A stretch of DNA of 35,497 nt from a virus. Its lineage: Duplodnaviria; Caudoviricetes. The notes under the pieces are model-generated. The model was given only the letters and a program-made list of their open reading frames with translations. It searched no databases and was not told where the DNA came from. Position 1 is the first letter of the stretch. Each line of letters begins with the position of its first letter. Of the stretch, positions 1 to 9,707 are shown in pieces. The position numbers and the translations under genes were made by a program. The stretch lies in IMG/VR virus record IMGVR_UViG_3300008020_000017, positions 1 through 35,497 of that record, one strand, 5' to 3'.

Positions 1-1422
1 CCATGGGTTCAGCTCGATCCCCAGAAACTGGTGTGGGTCCACCGTGTGCCCGGCCAGCGACAGCGCGCCCTGCTCCTCACCCAGTTCGGCCAGAAGGGCA
101 GTCACTTCTCCCTCAAGCCGCTTCATCAGCTCCAGCGCGACATACAGGAAATTGCCCGAGCCACAGGCCGGGTCCAGCACGCGGATTTCGCAAAGCTGGG
201 CATGAAAGGCGCGCACAGTATCACGGGCCTGCTCCATCTGCCCCCCGTTCGCCAGGGTCATCGCCGCAGCCTGCACAATGCGCCAGTCGGCGCGCAGCGG
301 GTCCATGATGGTGGGTACCACCAACCGTTCGACATAGGCGCGGGGCGTGTAATGCGCGCCCAGCTTGTGGCGCTGCCGCTTATCCAGCGCGCGTTCCAGC
401 AAGGTGCCGAAAATGGCGGGTTCGACTTCGCGCCAGTCGCGGCTGGCGGCGTCGATCAGCAGCGAAAGCTGGATCTCCGACAGGGGCAAGGCGTCGGCCT
501 CTTTGAACAGCCCGCCGTTGAACCGTTTCAGGTCGGTCATCAGGACGGGGGAAAAGCCCCCGGTGTTCATCGTTTCCCACAGAGCCTTGAGCGAAGGCGC
601 GGCGTGTGCCGGTTGCCCGCGCAGGCGTTTGAGCATGTCGGAAAAGCTGTGATGCGGGATAAGGTCCACATCTTCGGCAAACATGGTGAACAGGCACCGC
701 ATCAGGAATCGAGCCACCACCTCGGGTTCATGGCCCTGCCCTTCGAAGGATTTGCCAAGCGCTGCCAGCCGGTCTGCGACTTCGCGCGTCACCTGTGCCG
801 TGATTTTCGATGGGTCCAGCGCGTGCGGATCGGTCCATATCTGGCGCAGGCGGTCGCGGGTCTTGTCGTCGCGCAGGTCATCCATGGTGATGCGATAGCG
901 GTTGCCGTCGGGGTATTGCGTGTAACCCTGCCCCTGCCCCGAGAAATCGGCATAGACTTCGATGACGTGCCCCACATCCACCACCAGCAGGAAGGGCGGC
1001 CAGCCATCGGTGCGCGACACGGCGCGAGCGTAGCCATCGGCCTGACTGCGGGCGCGCAGCATGGTGTCATCCCAGCCCCGCGTGCCGCGCGTGCCGTGCC
1101 CCTTGCGGGTGGCGCTTGGCAGGTCAGGCAAAAGGGCGGCTTGCCGGTCATCCTCGGGCTTGTCGGCCCCCACGCCCTGTTTCGCCTCCATCACGAAATG
1201 GCCGGCTCGGTACAGGTCGATGAAGCCGCGCGTCTTGCTGCCGGTGTGAATGAAGGTCACGGGGTGTTCGAAGCAATAGGAATTCGCACGTGTCGCCTCG
1301 GTCGCCGGGGCGGGTTTGGGCAGGTCCAGCACCTCGCACAGTTCGTTCGCAAAGGTCTGAAAGTTCGCACGTTCGCTGCCGCCCGAGCGTTCCCATCTTT
1401 CGATGAAGGCTTCAATTTCCAC
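1..1422 (-). CDS. MmeI-like (Type IIL/IIG) fused restriction endonuclease-N6-adenine DNA methyltransferase; 3' part runs off the left edge
   Basis: Not in the ORF track (no stop inside the window). Manual minus-strand translation from GTG 1422 (alternative in-frame ATG 1458): MEIEAFIERWERSGGSERANFQTFANELCEVL...RGFIDLYRAGHFVMEAKQG (PD-ExK-type N-terminus), FNGGLF, LGAHYTP, VLDPACGSGNFLYV (SAM-binding motif I), QFLGIELNPW. These motifs are typical of MmeI/YeeA-like enzymes. Confidence 0.9.
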   Translation of the reverse strand, partial: MEIEAFIERWERSGGSERANFQTFANELCEVLDLPKPAPATEATRANSYCFEHPVTFIHTGSKTRGFIDLYRAGHFVMEAKQGVGADKPEDDRQAALLPDLPSATRKGHGTRGTRGWDDTMLRARSQADGYARAVSRTDGWPPFLLVVDVGHVIEVYADFSGQGQGYTQYPDGNRYRITMDDLRDDKTRDRLRQIWTDPHALDPSKITAQVTREVADRLAALGKSFEGQGHEPEVVARFLMRCLFTMFAEDVDLIPHHSFSDMLKRLRGQPAHAAPSLKALWETMNTGGFSPVLMTDLKRFNGGLFKEADALPLSEIQLSLLIDAASRDWREVEPAIFGTLLERALDKRQRHKLGAHYTPRAYVERLVVPTIMDPLRADWRIVQAAAMTLANGGQMEQARDTVRAFHAQLCEIRVLDPACGSGNFLYVALELMKRLEGEVTALLAELGEEQGALSLAGHTVDPHQFLGIELNPW

Positions 1423-1552
1423 TGGAGACGCCCATTCTGATGTCAAGCAACCCCTCATCGATAGCGACAACAGGCGGACAAGTACAAATAATCATTGAGA
1501 ATAGTGTCTTTTTTGAGGTCGGGTCTTGCCTCTCGGGTCAGGTACGGCTGAC

Positions 1553-1643
1553 TTGGGCGGAAGTGAAGTGCCGGGAGCGGGTTTTGCAAAGTCGGGGCTG
1601 ACCATCATGCCTCTGGGGCGCGACCCGGCCCGCAGCCGACCTT
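1553..1643. repeat. Partial copies of the degenerate accessory-gene-flanking repeat
   Basis: GGCCCGCAGCCGACCTT at 1627-1643 matches GGCCCGCATGCCGACACTT on the minus strand at about 9984-9966. TTGGGCGGAAGTG at 1553-1565, reverse-complemented, resembles CGCTTCCCGCCC at about 3259-3270. Confidence 0.4.
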
Positions 1644-1729
1644 GCGTAAAGGTCCATTTCAAGGACTGATATTGCCAGTGGCAGGCATTGAAGGTGTCAC
1701 TTGCGTAACAAAAAAGGGAGTGTTGCGTT

Positions 1730-3022
1730 GTGAAAACAGTGGAAAACGAAAAATGTTCATCTAGTGTGATCGAAGAGCCCAAGAGGGCGCCAGAAGAGTC
1801 GCTCCATTACCTTATAGCGACCGTCTATGGTGAACAGAACAAATCTCATAGCTTTGAAGGTAAATTCGAACCCGGCAACCGCCGAATCTGGAACGGACTG
1901 ATGGGGCAAATCCTCTCCGATGAAGGTAAAAAAAATGTTGCGGAAGCTTTAGGCGTCGACGCTGAAGAACTGAATCCACTAAATCCTGATGAACGTCTCA
2001 GAGTAAAAACAAGGCTAGAGGGAACAAAATTTTCTATCGATGACATCCCCGGGAAAGAAAATACTGGTATGTTTTCAAGTATTAACTTTGGAAATATTAA
2101 ATTTCAGAGGCCTCTACTTTTAAGCAAAAGATTCTTCCCGTCACATGCAATATTTTCCGGTACGATATTCTCCGACAACTTTTCAATCGAAAGTTCAGTG
2201 CTTCAATCCGGCCATTTTAATAAAACAGTATTCCTAAGAAACGCATATTTTCGAGGAACCAAGATGGGATCCATTGGAAACATATCAAACGCGTGTGAAT
2301 TCATTAATTGTGAGTTTCGGCAACACGCAGAGTTCTCAGAAGCCACGTTGCGAAATGCAGATTTTACAAAGTCAATATTTCACACCTCTGCTCATTTTGA
2401 GAATACAATGTTTGTCTTAGGCTGCCCAAAGTTTTTTGAGGCAGAGCTTCCTGAAAATACGCTTTTTCCACTGAAATTGAGGAACTGGGGACTTCCGTTC
2501 ACAAACTTCGACAGACAGGGAAACGCAACGGAATATGAGGAAAATGGCATCAATCGCGAGACAACCAAGTACTCGGCATTGAGGAAGCGCATGGAAGCGA
2601 TCCAACGACCCGTGGAAGCCGGATTCTTTCTGCGAAGGGAGCTCAGCCTTCGATCAGAGCTTAAAGGTTGGGATGCCCTGCTGATAAAAACATATGGTAT
2701 TCTCTCAGACTATGGCTATTCCGTTTGCAGGCCTGCTGCAGCACTCATTTTCACCATCTTAGTAGGGTCGGCAATATACGGAGGCTTTTTCGCGCAAGGT
2801 AGTGCAACTGATGCTAGACTGGAGAACTATTTCCTGTCAGGGATCGGGATGTCAGTCTCTGGCACATTTAGTTTCCTGGGGCTTGGACGCTTATTCTACA
2901 GCGAAACTCTTCAAAGCGCTCCATCGCCAGTTGCCTTCGTATATGGATTGCAGACGCTATCCGGTTTCTTATTCTCTTTCCTCCTCGGTCTGGGAGTAAG
3001 AAATCGTCTGCGGCTGAAGTAA
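1730..3022 (+). CDS. Pentapeptide-repeat protein with C-terminal transmembrane helices; AT-rich accessory gene
   Basis: 430-aa ORF with F-x4 periodic segments (AIFSGTIFSDNFS, AYFRGTKM, CEFINCEFRQHAEFSEATLRNADFTKSIFHTSAHFENTMF), then YGILSDYGYSVCRP and about 3 hydrophobic segments. Visibly much lower GC than its neighbours. Start uncertain. Confidence 0.8.
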   Translation: MKTVENEKCSSSVIEEPKRAPEESLHYLIATVYGEQNKSHSFEGKFEPGNRRIWNGLMGQILSDEGKKNVAEALGVDAEELNPLNPDERLRVKTRLEGTKFSIDDIPGKENTGMFSSINFGNIKFQRPLLLSKRFFPSHAIFSGTIFSDNFSIESSVLQSGHFNKTVFLRNAYFRGTKMGSIGNISNACEFINCEFRQHAEFSEATLRNADFTKSIFHTSAHFENTMFVLGCPKFFEAELPENTLFPLKLRNWGLPFTNFDRQGNATEYEENGINRETTKYSALRKRMEAIQRPVEAGFFLRRELSLRSELKGWDALLIKTYGILSDYGYSVCRPAAALIFTILVGSAIYGGFFAQGSATDARLENYFLSGIGMSVSGTFSFLGLGRLFYSETLQSAPSPVAFVYGLQTLSGFLFSFLLGLGVRNRLRLK

Positions 3023-3202
3023 ATTTGCTGGCAGCCATTATAGCCTCAGTTGAACTTCCATCAGGTCGCTCGAACGTCAACTACTATCAATTTTGATATA
3101 ATCAGAAATGGCTTACTATCCACTAATCTTGGCGAATAAATTCCTTATATTGAGGAAGAATGTCGACCTTGAGGTTACAAAACGACCGTGTCAGCTAAAT
3201 CT

Positions 3203-3273
3203 GCAGCCAATGTCTGCCTCCGGCCCTCCCGGACCTTGAACCTGACGCGGCGAACGAACGCTTCCCGCCCTTG
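3203..3273 (+). repeat. Two tandem degenerate units (44-nt period) of the accessory-flanking repeat
   Basis: GCAGCCAATGTCTGCCTCCGGCCCTCCCGGACCTT (3203-3237) followed by GCGGCGAACGAACGCTTCCCGCCCTTG (3247-3273). Confidence 0.5.
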
Positions 3274-3505
3274 CTTAAGCCGTGTTTCTCACCGTTTGCA
3301 GCGCCGTGCATGAGCTTCTTGGAAGGGCTGAATGTGGCCCGCCACTGGACAGCTAGAAAGCAGCTACAGCCGGGGTCGGTCACATCTGGCTCCCGGTCGT
3401 GTTCAGGTTGAACATTGTTGAGGCGAGCGCGAAGTCACGGCAACCAATTCGACCTTGTGAACCGCCCGCACAGATAGCTATCCATGCCCACATCAACACC
3501 ACATA

Positions 3506-3535
3506 TTGAGTCACACCCGTCGCATATGGTACATC
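3506..3535 (+). promoter_or_regulatory. Candidate promoter for the terminase operon
   Basis: TTGAGT (3506-3511), 17-18 nt spacer, then TGGTACATC. Contains the 10-mer GCATATGGTA (3522-3531), which also occurs upstream of the capsid gene (13210-13219). Confidence 0.45.
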
Positions 3536-3559
3536 AACCACATCGTCGTGGATTATCAT

Positions 3560-4339
3560 ATGCCCCTCATCCCCAAGCACGAAGCATTCTGCCGCCAGTA
3601 CCTCGTTGATTTCAACGGTACTCAGGCCGCTATCCGTGCAGGATACTCCCGCAAGACGGCATATTCCATCGCCTCGGCACTGCTGAAGCGGCCCGACATC
3701 CAGGACCGCCTCAACGTCCTCAAGGCCGAAACCGCCGCCCGCTTCGAGGCTGACGCAGACGATGTGATCCGCATGTGGTGGGAGACGGCCACCGCCGATC
3801 CGAACGAGCTGGTCCAGCACCGCATTGGTGCCTGCCGGTACTGTCACGGCTACATGCACCAGCACCAGTGGAAGACCGACCGCGAATTTCTGGACGCCCA
3901 GGCCGAATACGATGCGCGGCACCCACTCGCAAAGGAGGGTGAGGCCGAGCGCCTGCGCCCCTCCGAAGAGGTCAACCACGGCGGCTATGGATACCGGCAC
4001 AACGCCCCGCCAAACCGCGAATGCCCCGAGTGCGCGGGCGAGGGCATCGGCTACGTCGTGATGCTGGACACCACCACGCTCTCGCCACAGGCGCGCTTGC
4101 TTTACAACGGGGTGAAGGAGACCCGTCAGGGCCGCGAGATGCTGATGGCAGACCGCCAGCGCGCCATCGAGCATGTCGCCCGTCGCCTCGGGCTGATGAA
4201 GGAGCAGGTCGAGGTCGAAGCCTCGTCCAGCTTCGCCATCCTGCTGCAACACATCCTGACCAGCGGCAGCGCAGCACCGATCGCCACCGCCCGCTCCATC
4301 CTGATCCCGCCCCCTGACAATGGAGAGGGCAAGGGATGA
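3560..4339 (+). CDS. terS: Terminase small subunit (Terminase_2-type N-terminal HTH, Cys-rich insert)
   Basis: KHEAFCRQYLVDFNGTQAAIRAGYSRKTAYSIASALLKRPDI is the classic TerS N-terminus. CRYCHG and CPECAGEG motifs follow. Overlaps the terL start (ATGA). ATG 3560 preferred over TTG 3506. Confidence 0.9.
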   Translation: MPLIPKHEAFCRQYLVDFNGTQAAIRAGYSRKTAYSIASALLKRPDIQDRLNVLKAETAARFEADADDVIRMWWETATADPNELVQHRIGACRYCHGYMHQHQWKTDREFLDAQAEYDARHPLAKEGEAERLRPSEEVNHGGYGYRHNAPPNRECPECAGEGIGYVVMLDTTTLSPQARLLYNGVKETRQGREMLMADRQRAIEHVARRLGLMKEQVEVEASSSFAILLQHILTSGSAAPIATARSILIPPPDNGEGKG

Positions 4340-5952
4340 CCATGGCGACCGCGATCCCGGTGTCGATGCCCACGCCCATCCGCATCACGCCCGCGCTCAT
4401 CCCCCGGACGGAAGCGGAGCTGCTGATCTGCCTGACGTCCTGGGAATGGCGCATCTTCTCGGGCCAGCTCTACAAGATCATCATCAAGGGGGACGACGAG
4501 ACCGACGATACCGTCATGCCGTTCATCCCCAACGGCGCCCAGCGCGATTTTCTCGGTGCGATCCACTATCGCAACGTGATCCTCAAGGCCCGTCAGTTGG
4601 GGTTCACCACGCTCATCGCGATCCTCTGGCTCGACCACGCGCTGTTCAACGCCAACCAGCGGTGCGGCATCATCGCCCAGACCCTAGATGACGCCACCGC
4701 GATCTTCGTGGACAAGGTGGTGTTCGCCTATGAGAACCTGCCGCCGTCGCTGCGCCACCGCTTCCCGCTCTCCCGGAAGAACACCAAGGAAATCCGATTC
4801 GGCCACAACAACAGCGCGGTGCGGGTTGCCGTCTCCATGCGTTCGGGCACCATCCACCGGCTCCACGTCTCGGAAATGGGCAAGATCGCCGCCAAGAGCC
4901 CCGACAAGGCGCTTGAGATCAAGACCGGCTCGCTCCCTGCCGTTCCGAAGACCGGCGTCGCCATCGTGGAATCGACCGCCGAGGGGATGGAAGGCGAGTT
5001 CTTCGACATGGCAACCCGGGCCGAGGCCCGCAGCCAGATACCGGCGCCCCTGACTATCGGCGAATTCGCGTTCCATTTCTTCCCCTGGCACACCAACCCC
5101 GAGTACGTCCTCGATCCCACCGGCGTCATCATCACCGAGGCGGACCACAGGTATTTCGCCAGGGTGGAGGTCGAGACCTGCCGCAAGCTCTCCTTGCCAC
5201 AGCGCGCATGGTACGTCTCGCAGCGCGAGAACGGCTTTGCCGGCGACACCGAGACCATGTGGCGCGAGTTCCCTTCGACGTCGGACGAGTGCTGGCGCCG
5301 GTCTACCGAGGGCACCTACTTCGCCAAGCAACTGGCCCGTGCGCGCACCGAGGGCCGCATCACCATCGTGCCCCACATCGAACACCTGCCGGTCAACACC
5401 TTCTGGGACATCGGTGCAGGCGACGGCACGGCGATCTGGCTGCACCAGTATGTCGGCACCCAGCACCGCTTCATCGGCTTTCTTGAGGGCTGGGGCGAAG
5501 GCTATGCCCACTACATTCGCGATCTGCGCGCCACCAGGTACGTCTTCGGCGGCATGTTCTTGCCCCATGATGCCGAACAGGAGCGCCAGATGGCCGACAA
5601 GGTCGGCTCGCCCCTCTCTATCCTGACCGAGCTTGCCCCCGACTGGTCCTGGCACATCGTCCCCCGCGTCCAGACCCTGCAACACGGCATCGACATGACC
5701 CGGGCCGTCTTCGCCCAGCTCTGGTTCGATGAGACCGCGACGAAGGCCGGGCTCGACCACATCGCGCTATACAAGAAGAAATGGAACCGCTCGCAGGCCG
5801 CATGGTCCGACGAGCCGGAAAAGCTGACCGGCCACTCCGAGGCCGCCGACGCGCTGCGCCAGTTCGCCCAGGGGTTCGACCCGGCCCTGATCCACGCCCA
5901 GACCCGACCATCCCGCAAGCACCACCGTCATTTAGGAGGGGTCGTCCTATGA
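4336..5952 (+). CDS. terL: Terminase large subunit
   Basis: ILKARQLGFTT (Walker A variant), LHVSE (Walker B), VESTA (coupling motif), FWDIGAGD and HSEAADALR (RNase H-like nuclease). Confidence 0.95.
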   Translation: MTMATAIPVSMPTPIRITPALIPRTEAELLICLTSWEWRIFSGQLYKIIIKGDDETDDTVMPFIPNGAQRDFLGAIHYRNVILKARQLGFTTLIAILWLDHALFNANQRCGIIAQTLDDATAIFVDKVVFAYENLPPSLRHRFPLSRKNTKEIRFGHNNSAVRVAVSMRSGTIHRLHVSEMGKIAAKSPDKALEIKTGSLPAVPKTGVAIVESTAEGMEGEFFDMATRAEARSQIPAPLTIGEFAFHFFPWHTNPEYVLDPTGVIITEADHRYFARVEVETCRKLSLPQRAWYVSQRENGFAGDTETMWREFPSTSDECWRRSTEGTYFAKQLARARTEGRITIVPHIEHLPVNTFWDIGAGDGTAIWLHQYVGTQHRFIGFLEGWGEGYAHYIRDLRATRYVFGGMFLPHDAEQERQMADKVGSPLSILTELAPDWSWHIVPRVQTLQHGIDMTRAVFAQLWFDETATKAGLDHIALYKKKWNRSQAAWSDEPEKLTGHSEAADALRQFAQGFDPALIHAQTRPSRKHHRHLGGVVL

Positions 5953-6401
5953 CGTCCGACACCAAGACGACTCCGAAGCTCATGCTCGACCTGTCCCGGC
6001 GCATCGAGACGTTCCCCCACGGCGACATCACCGCAATCCTGACATGGACGCTGCACAACGCCCGCCCGGCGCTGGTGCTGATCCCGGCGCTCGCAATCCT
6101 GCACTTCGACCGCGTGACGCCCTGTATCGTGCCCCTTGAGTCGGCATGGGCATGGGACGAGGCCACCGGCGACGGCGCCCACTGCGCCGAGGTGTCCTTC
6201 TCGTTCGCCTGCGCGCTGGGGTTCGAGCCATCGCCCGGGATGCTGCTGCGCATCACCGGCATCATCCGCGACCATCTGGGCGACCTGATCCTAGCCCCTT
6301 CCATGCCCCGGCTCTACGATGACCGCATCGTCGCCGATGTGGTCATGCTCAACACTGAAACGGGCAAGATCACCGAAGCCGAGGTGATCGAGAATGTATG
6401 A
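5949..6401 (+). CDS. Hypothetical phage protein between terL and portal (150 aa)
   Basis: ATG 5949 with an AGGAGG RBS, overlapping the terL stop; its own stop overlaps the portal start. Confidence 0.8.
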   Translation: MTSDTKTTPKLMLDLSRRIETFPHGDITAILTWTLHNARPALVLIPALAILHFDRVTPCIVPLESAWAWDEATGDGAHCAEVSFSFACALGFEPSPGMLLRITGIIRDHLGDLILAPSMPRLYDDRIVADVVMLNTETGKITEAEVIENV

Positions 6402-8739
6402 TCGCCCCGACGAAGCAAACACCACCGGCATCATGGACGGCGAGACCCGGCGAGACGATCCCCGCGACCGTGTCGGCGCGTCCAGCGCCCCCGCCGTGCT
6501 GGCCCGCAAGCCCGACCGCCTCGACACCGAGACCTTCCTTGACCTCCACCGCAACCTGCTGGGTCACTATGTCCGCGAGATCGACCGGCAGGGCGACAAC
6601 CGCCGCCAGATGGCCCGCGACGAGGACTTCTACGACAACGACCCCTATACCGCCGAGGAAAAGGCGATCCTGGCAGCGCGCGGGCAGCTTGCCACCAACT
6701 TCAACGTCATCGCCACCACGCTGAACTGGGTGATCGGCACCGAGCGGCGCGGCCGCACGGATTACAAGATCCTGCCGCGCCGCAAGGAAGGCTCCCGGCA
6801 GGCCGAGCGCAAGTCTCAGCTCATGAAATACCTCTCGGACGCCAACCGCTCCGGGTTCGCCATCTCCAAGGCGTTCGAGGAACAGGTGAAGGCGGGACTG
6901 GGCTGGCTTGAGTCGGGATGGCAGGCCGACGACGAGGGCGAGCCGGTCTATGACCGCGCGGAGCCTTGGCGCAACATCCTGCACGACAGCATGGCGCAGG
7001 AGAACGACCTTTCGGACGCGCGCTATGTCTTCCGCTCCAAATGGATGGACCGCGACCTCGCCCAGGCATACTTCCCCGGCCGTGCCGCCGTGATCCGCCG
7101 CGCCACCTCCGCGACCTACGACTTCGGGGGCGTGTTTGACAGCTACGGCGACGACGCCATGGACAGCGCCGAACAGGAGGCGACGATGCTGGCCTCCCGG
7201 TCCTCCCCCGAGGCGTTCGGCGGCGAGCGCGAACGTGTCCGCATGATCGAGGCGTGGTTCCGCAAGCCCGCGCTGACCCGGATCATGGGGGGCGGCGACT
7301 TCTCCGGCGAAATCTTCGATGAATGGTCCGATGGCCACATGGCCGAGCTGGACAGTGGCCGCGCCGAAATGATCGAGCGCGTCAAGATGCGGACCTATGT
7401 GGGCATCATGACCACCTCCGGGCTCGTGACGGTGATGGAGTCGCCCTACCGACACAACCGCTTCCCGTTCACCCCGCTCTGGTGCTACCGCCGCGGCCGC
7501 GACGGGATGCCCTACGGGATGATCCGCGGCTTGCGCGACCTGCAGACCCACATCAACCGCTCCGCCGCCAAGGCCCAATACATCCTATCGACCAACAAGA
7601 CGATCATGGACAAGGGCGCCGTGGACGATCTCGACCAGTACGAGGAAGAGGCCGCCCGTCCCGACGCCATCATCGTCGTCAATCCGGGCAAGCGGCTCGA
7701 CATGAACGTCGACCGCGACCTTGCCCCTGCGCACCTCGACCTGATGTCGCGCATGATCCAGATGGTGCAGACCCAATCGGGCGTGACCGACGAAAACCTC
7801 GGGCGCAGCACCAACGCGACATCGGGCAAGGCCATCATCGCCCGGCAGGAGCAAGGTTCTCTCGCCACCGCCGCGATCTTCGACAACCTCAAGTTCGCCA
7901 TGCAGGTCCACGGCGAAAAGATGCTCTCGCTGATGGAGCAGTTCTTCAATGAGCGTAAGCAGTTCCGCATCACCAACAGCCGGGGCACCCCCGAGTTCAT
8001 CGACATCAACGACGGCATGCCGGAGAACACGATCACGCTCTCGAAGGCAGACTATGTGATTTCCGAGGACGACTGGAACGCGACCCACCGTCAGGCCCAG
8101 GTCGAAAGCCTGATGAACCTCGTGCGCGAGATCGCCCCCGGTGCCCCGCAAATCCTGATGCTCGTTCTCGACCTGCTGGTGGAAATGATGGACATCCCGT
8201 CCAAGGACGAGGTTGTGCGCCGCATCCGGCAGGCTACGGGGATGAAAGACCCCGACGCCGACCCGAATGAGCCGCCGTCCCCGGAAGAACAGGCGCAGAT
8301 GCAGGCCAAGGCCGAAGAGGCCGCGATGGCGAAGCGCGGCGCCATGGCACAGATCGACAAGACCGAGGCCGAGGCCGCAGAGAAGCGGTCCCGCGCCGCC
8401 AAGGCCGACATCGATGCCGAGAAGCTGATCCAGTCCCTCGCCGGGCAGAACCTCGACACCCAGATCAAGGCGTTCGAAGCCGCGATCCATCTTCTGTCCG
8501 CGCCGCAGGTGGCCGAGGTGGGCGATGCCCTGCTGATCGGCGCCGGATATTCCGCAGCAGCCGCGAACGAGGCGATCATCTTGCAGGACATGGTCGCGCG
8601 CAGCACCAACGAGGCCGTGGCGCAGGCCATTGCCCCGCCGCCACCCCCGGAAGGCCAAATGCCCGGGCCGGAACAAGCGGGGCCCACACCCCCGCAGCAG
8701 CCTATGCCGCCTATGCCGCTCGAAGGGCAGATGCCATGA
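6394..8739 (+). CDS. Portal protein (P22-like)
   Basis: 781 aa, after the terminase. Motifs DEDFYD, FNVIATTLNWVIGTERRGR, SPYRHNRFPFTP, YGMIRGLRDLQTHIN, SGVTDENLG..NATSGKAIIARQEQG; coiled-coil and Pro/Gln-rich C-terminus. Confidence 0.92.
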   Translation: MYDRPDEANTTGIMDGETRRDDPRDRVGASSAPAVLARKPDRLDTETFLDLHRNLLGHYVREIDRQGDNRRQMARDEDFYDNDPYTAEEKAILAARGQLATNFNVIATTLNWVIGTERRGRTDYKILPRRKEGSRQAERKSQLMKYLSDANRSGFAISKAFEEQVKAGLGWLESGWQADDEGEPVYDRAEPWRNILHDSMAQENDLSDARYVFRSKWMDRDLAQAYFPGRAAVIRRATSATYDFGGVFDSYGDDAMDSAEQEATMLASRSSPEAFGGERERVRMIEAWFRKPALTRIMGGGDFSGEIFDEWSDGHMAELDSGRAEMIERVKMRTYVGIMTTSGLVTVMESPYRHNRFPFTPLWCYRRGRDGMPYGMIRGLRDLQTHINRSAAKAQYILSTNKTIMDKGAVDDLDQYEEEAARPDAIIVVNPGKRLDMNVDRDLAPAHLDLMSRMIQMVQTQSGVTDENLGRSTNATSGKAIIARQEQGSLATAAIFDNLKFAMQVHGEKMLSLMEQFFNERKQFRITNSRGTPEFIDINDGMPENTITLSKADYVISEDDWNATHRQAQVESLMNLVREIAPGAPQILMLVLDLLVEMMDIPSKDEVVRRIRQATGMKDPDADPNEPPSPEEQAQMQAKAEEAAMAKRGAMAQIDKTEAEAAEKRSRAAKADIDAEKLIQSLAGQNLDTQIKAFEAAIHLLSAPQVAEVGDALLIGAGYSAAAANEAIILQDMVARSTNEAVAQAIAPPPPPEGQMPGPEQAGPTPPQQPMPPMPLEGQMP

Positions 8740-8795
8740 GCGATCCCGCGACCCATCCCGCACGCCCCATCCACCAAACAACAAGGACCGCTCAG

Positions 8796-9689
8796 ATGAA
8801 CGCGACCCCCCAGACCGAAGCCGATCCCGACGCCATCGAGGCGGCGACCATCCCGCTTGATGACGTCCCGACCGCCGTTGACGACGAGCTTCTGACCGAC
8901 GACGAGCGCGCCGCGATGGCGGAAGGTGACGATACCGCCGACATGGTGGATGACAACGCCCCCGGTGATGTACCCGACGACGCCCCCGACTCGCCCGACC
9001 TTGCCGCCACGCCTGCCGCCGCAGCACAGCCTTTCGTCATGCAGGACTTCGATGCCCGTCTGACCGAGATCAAGTCCCAGGCCGACGCGCTGCAAGACGC
9101 CTGGGACAACGGTGACGTCTCCGACACGGACTACCGCACCCAGCTGGCGGCCAACGCCAAGGCCGAAGCCCTCGCGGAGGTGGAGCGCGACCAGTACGAG
9201 AAGATGAAGGCAGCGGACGACAAGCGCTGGAACGACAGCGTCACCGCCTACAAGGGGGCCAACCCCGACCTGTGGTCCGACGACAAGACCCGCGCCGCCT
9301 TCAACCAGATCGTCGGCGACGTCACCTCCAACCCGCTCTATGCCAAGCTGACCTATGCCCAGCAGATCGAGCGGGCGCATGCGCGGCTGATGGAGGACGC
9401 CCCGCTGATGGGTCTGACCAACGTGCCGCCCATGCGGCGCCCGGGAACCCCGGGCGCCCTCGCAGCCCAGCAAAAGCAGGAGGTCGAGGCCAGTACCCGC
9501 GCCCGTCCGACACCCCCCGCGACCCTGGCGCGGCTCCCCGCCTCCGACATGACATCCCCCAACGATGGCCGCTTTGCGCAACTGGACCGCGTCGTCAACG
9601 AAGGCCGTGACGCCCTGCAGTCCGAGCGCATCCTTTCGCGCATGTCCCCCGAAGAGCTGGAAGCCTATGGCGCCGGCGTAGACCTGTAA
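8796..9689 (+). CDS. Putative capsid scaffolding protein
   Basis: Acidic, helical protein between portal and capsid genes, with C-terminal PPATLARLP and LSRMSPEELEAY. AAGGA RBS before ATG 8796 (alternative start 8736). Confidence 0.7.
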   Translation: MNATPQTEADPDAIEAATIPLDDVPTAVDDELLTDDERAAMAEGDDTADMVDDNAPGDVPDDAPDSPDLAATPAAAAQPFVMQDFDARLTEIKSQADALQDAWDNGDVSDTDYRTQLAANAKAEALAEVERDQYEKMKAADDKRWNDSVTAYKGANPDLWSDDKTRAAFNQIVGDVTSNPLYAKLTYAQQIERAHARLMEDAPLMGLTNVPPMRRPGTPGALAAQQKQEVEASTRARPTPPATLARLPASDMTSPNDGRFAQLDRVVNEGRDALQSERILSRMSPEELEAYGAGVDL

Positions 9690-9707
9690 CCGAAGGCGAC
9701 CCGCACC

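Noticed and set aside
31-1440. 469-aa + strand ORF
   Set aside because: Codon-aligned antisense shadow of the MmeI-like gene, which carries all the recognisable motifs.
3183-3400. Repeat units as a possible CRISPR array or attC sites
   Set aside because: Only two degenerate units, no constant repeat with unique spacers, no cas or intI gene, and no clear RYYYAAC/GTTRRRY ends.
3400-3414. Palindrome TGTTCA-GGT-TGAACA upstream of terS
   Set aside because: Single short copy with no second instance noticed; it does not fit the alphaproteobacterial LexA direct repeat GTTC-N7-GTTC.
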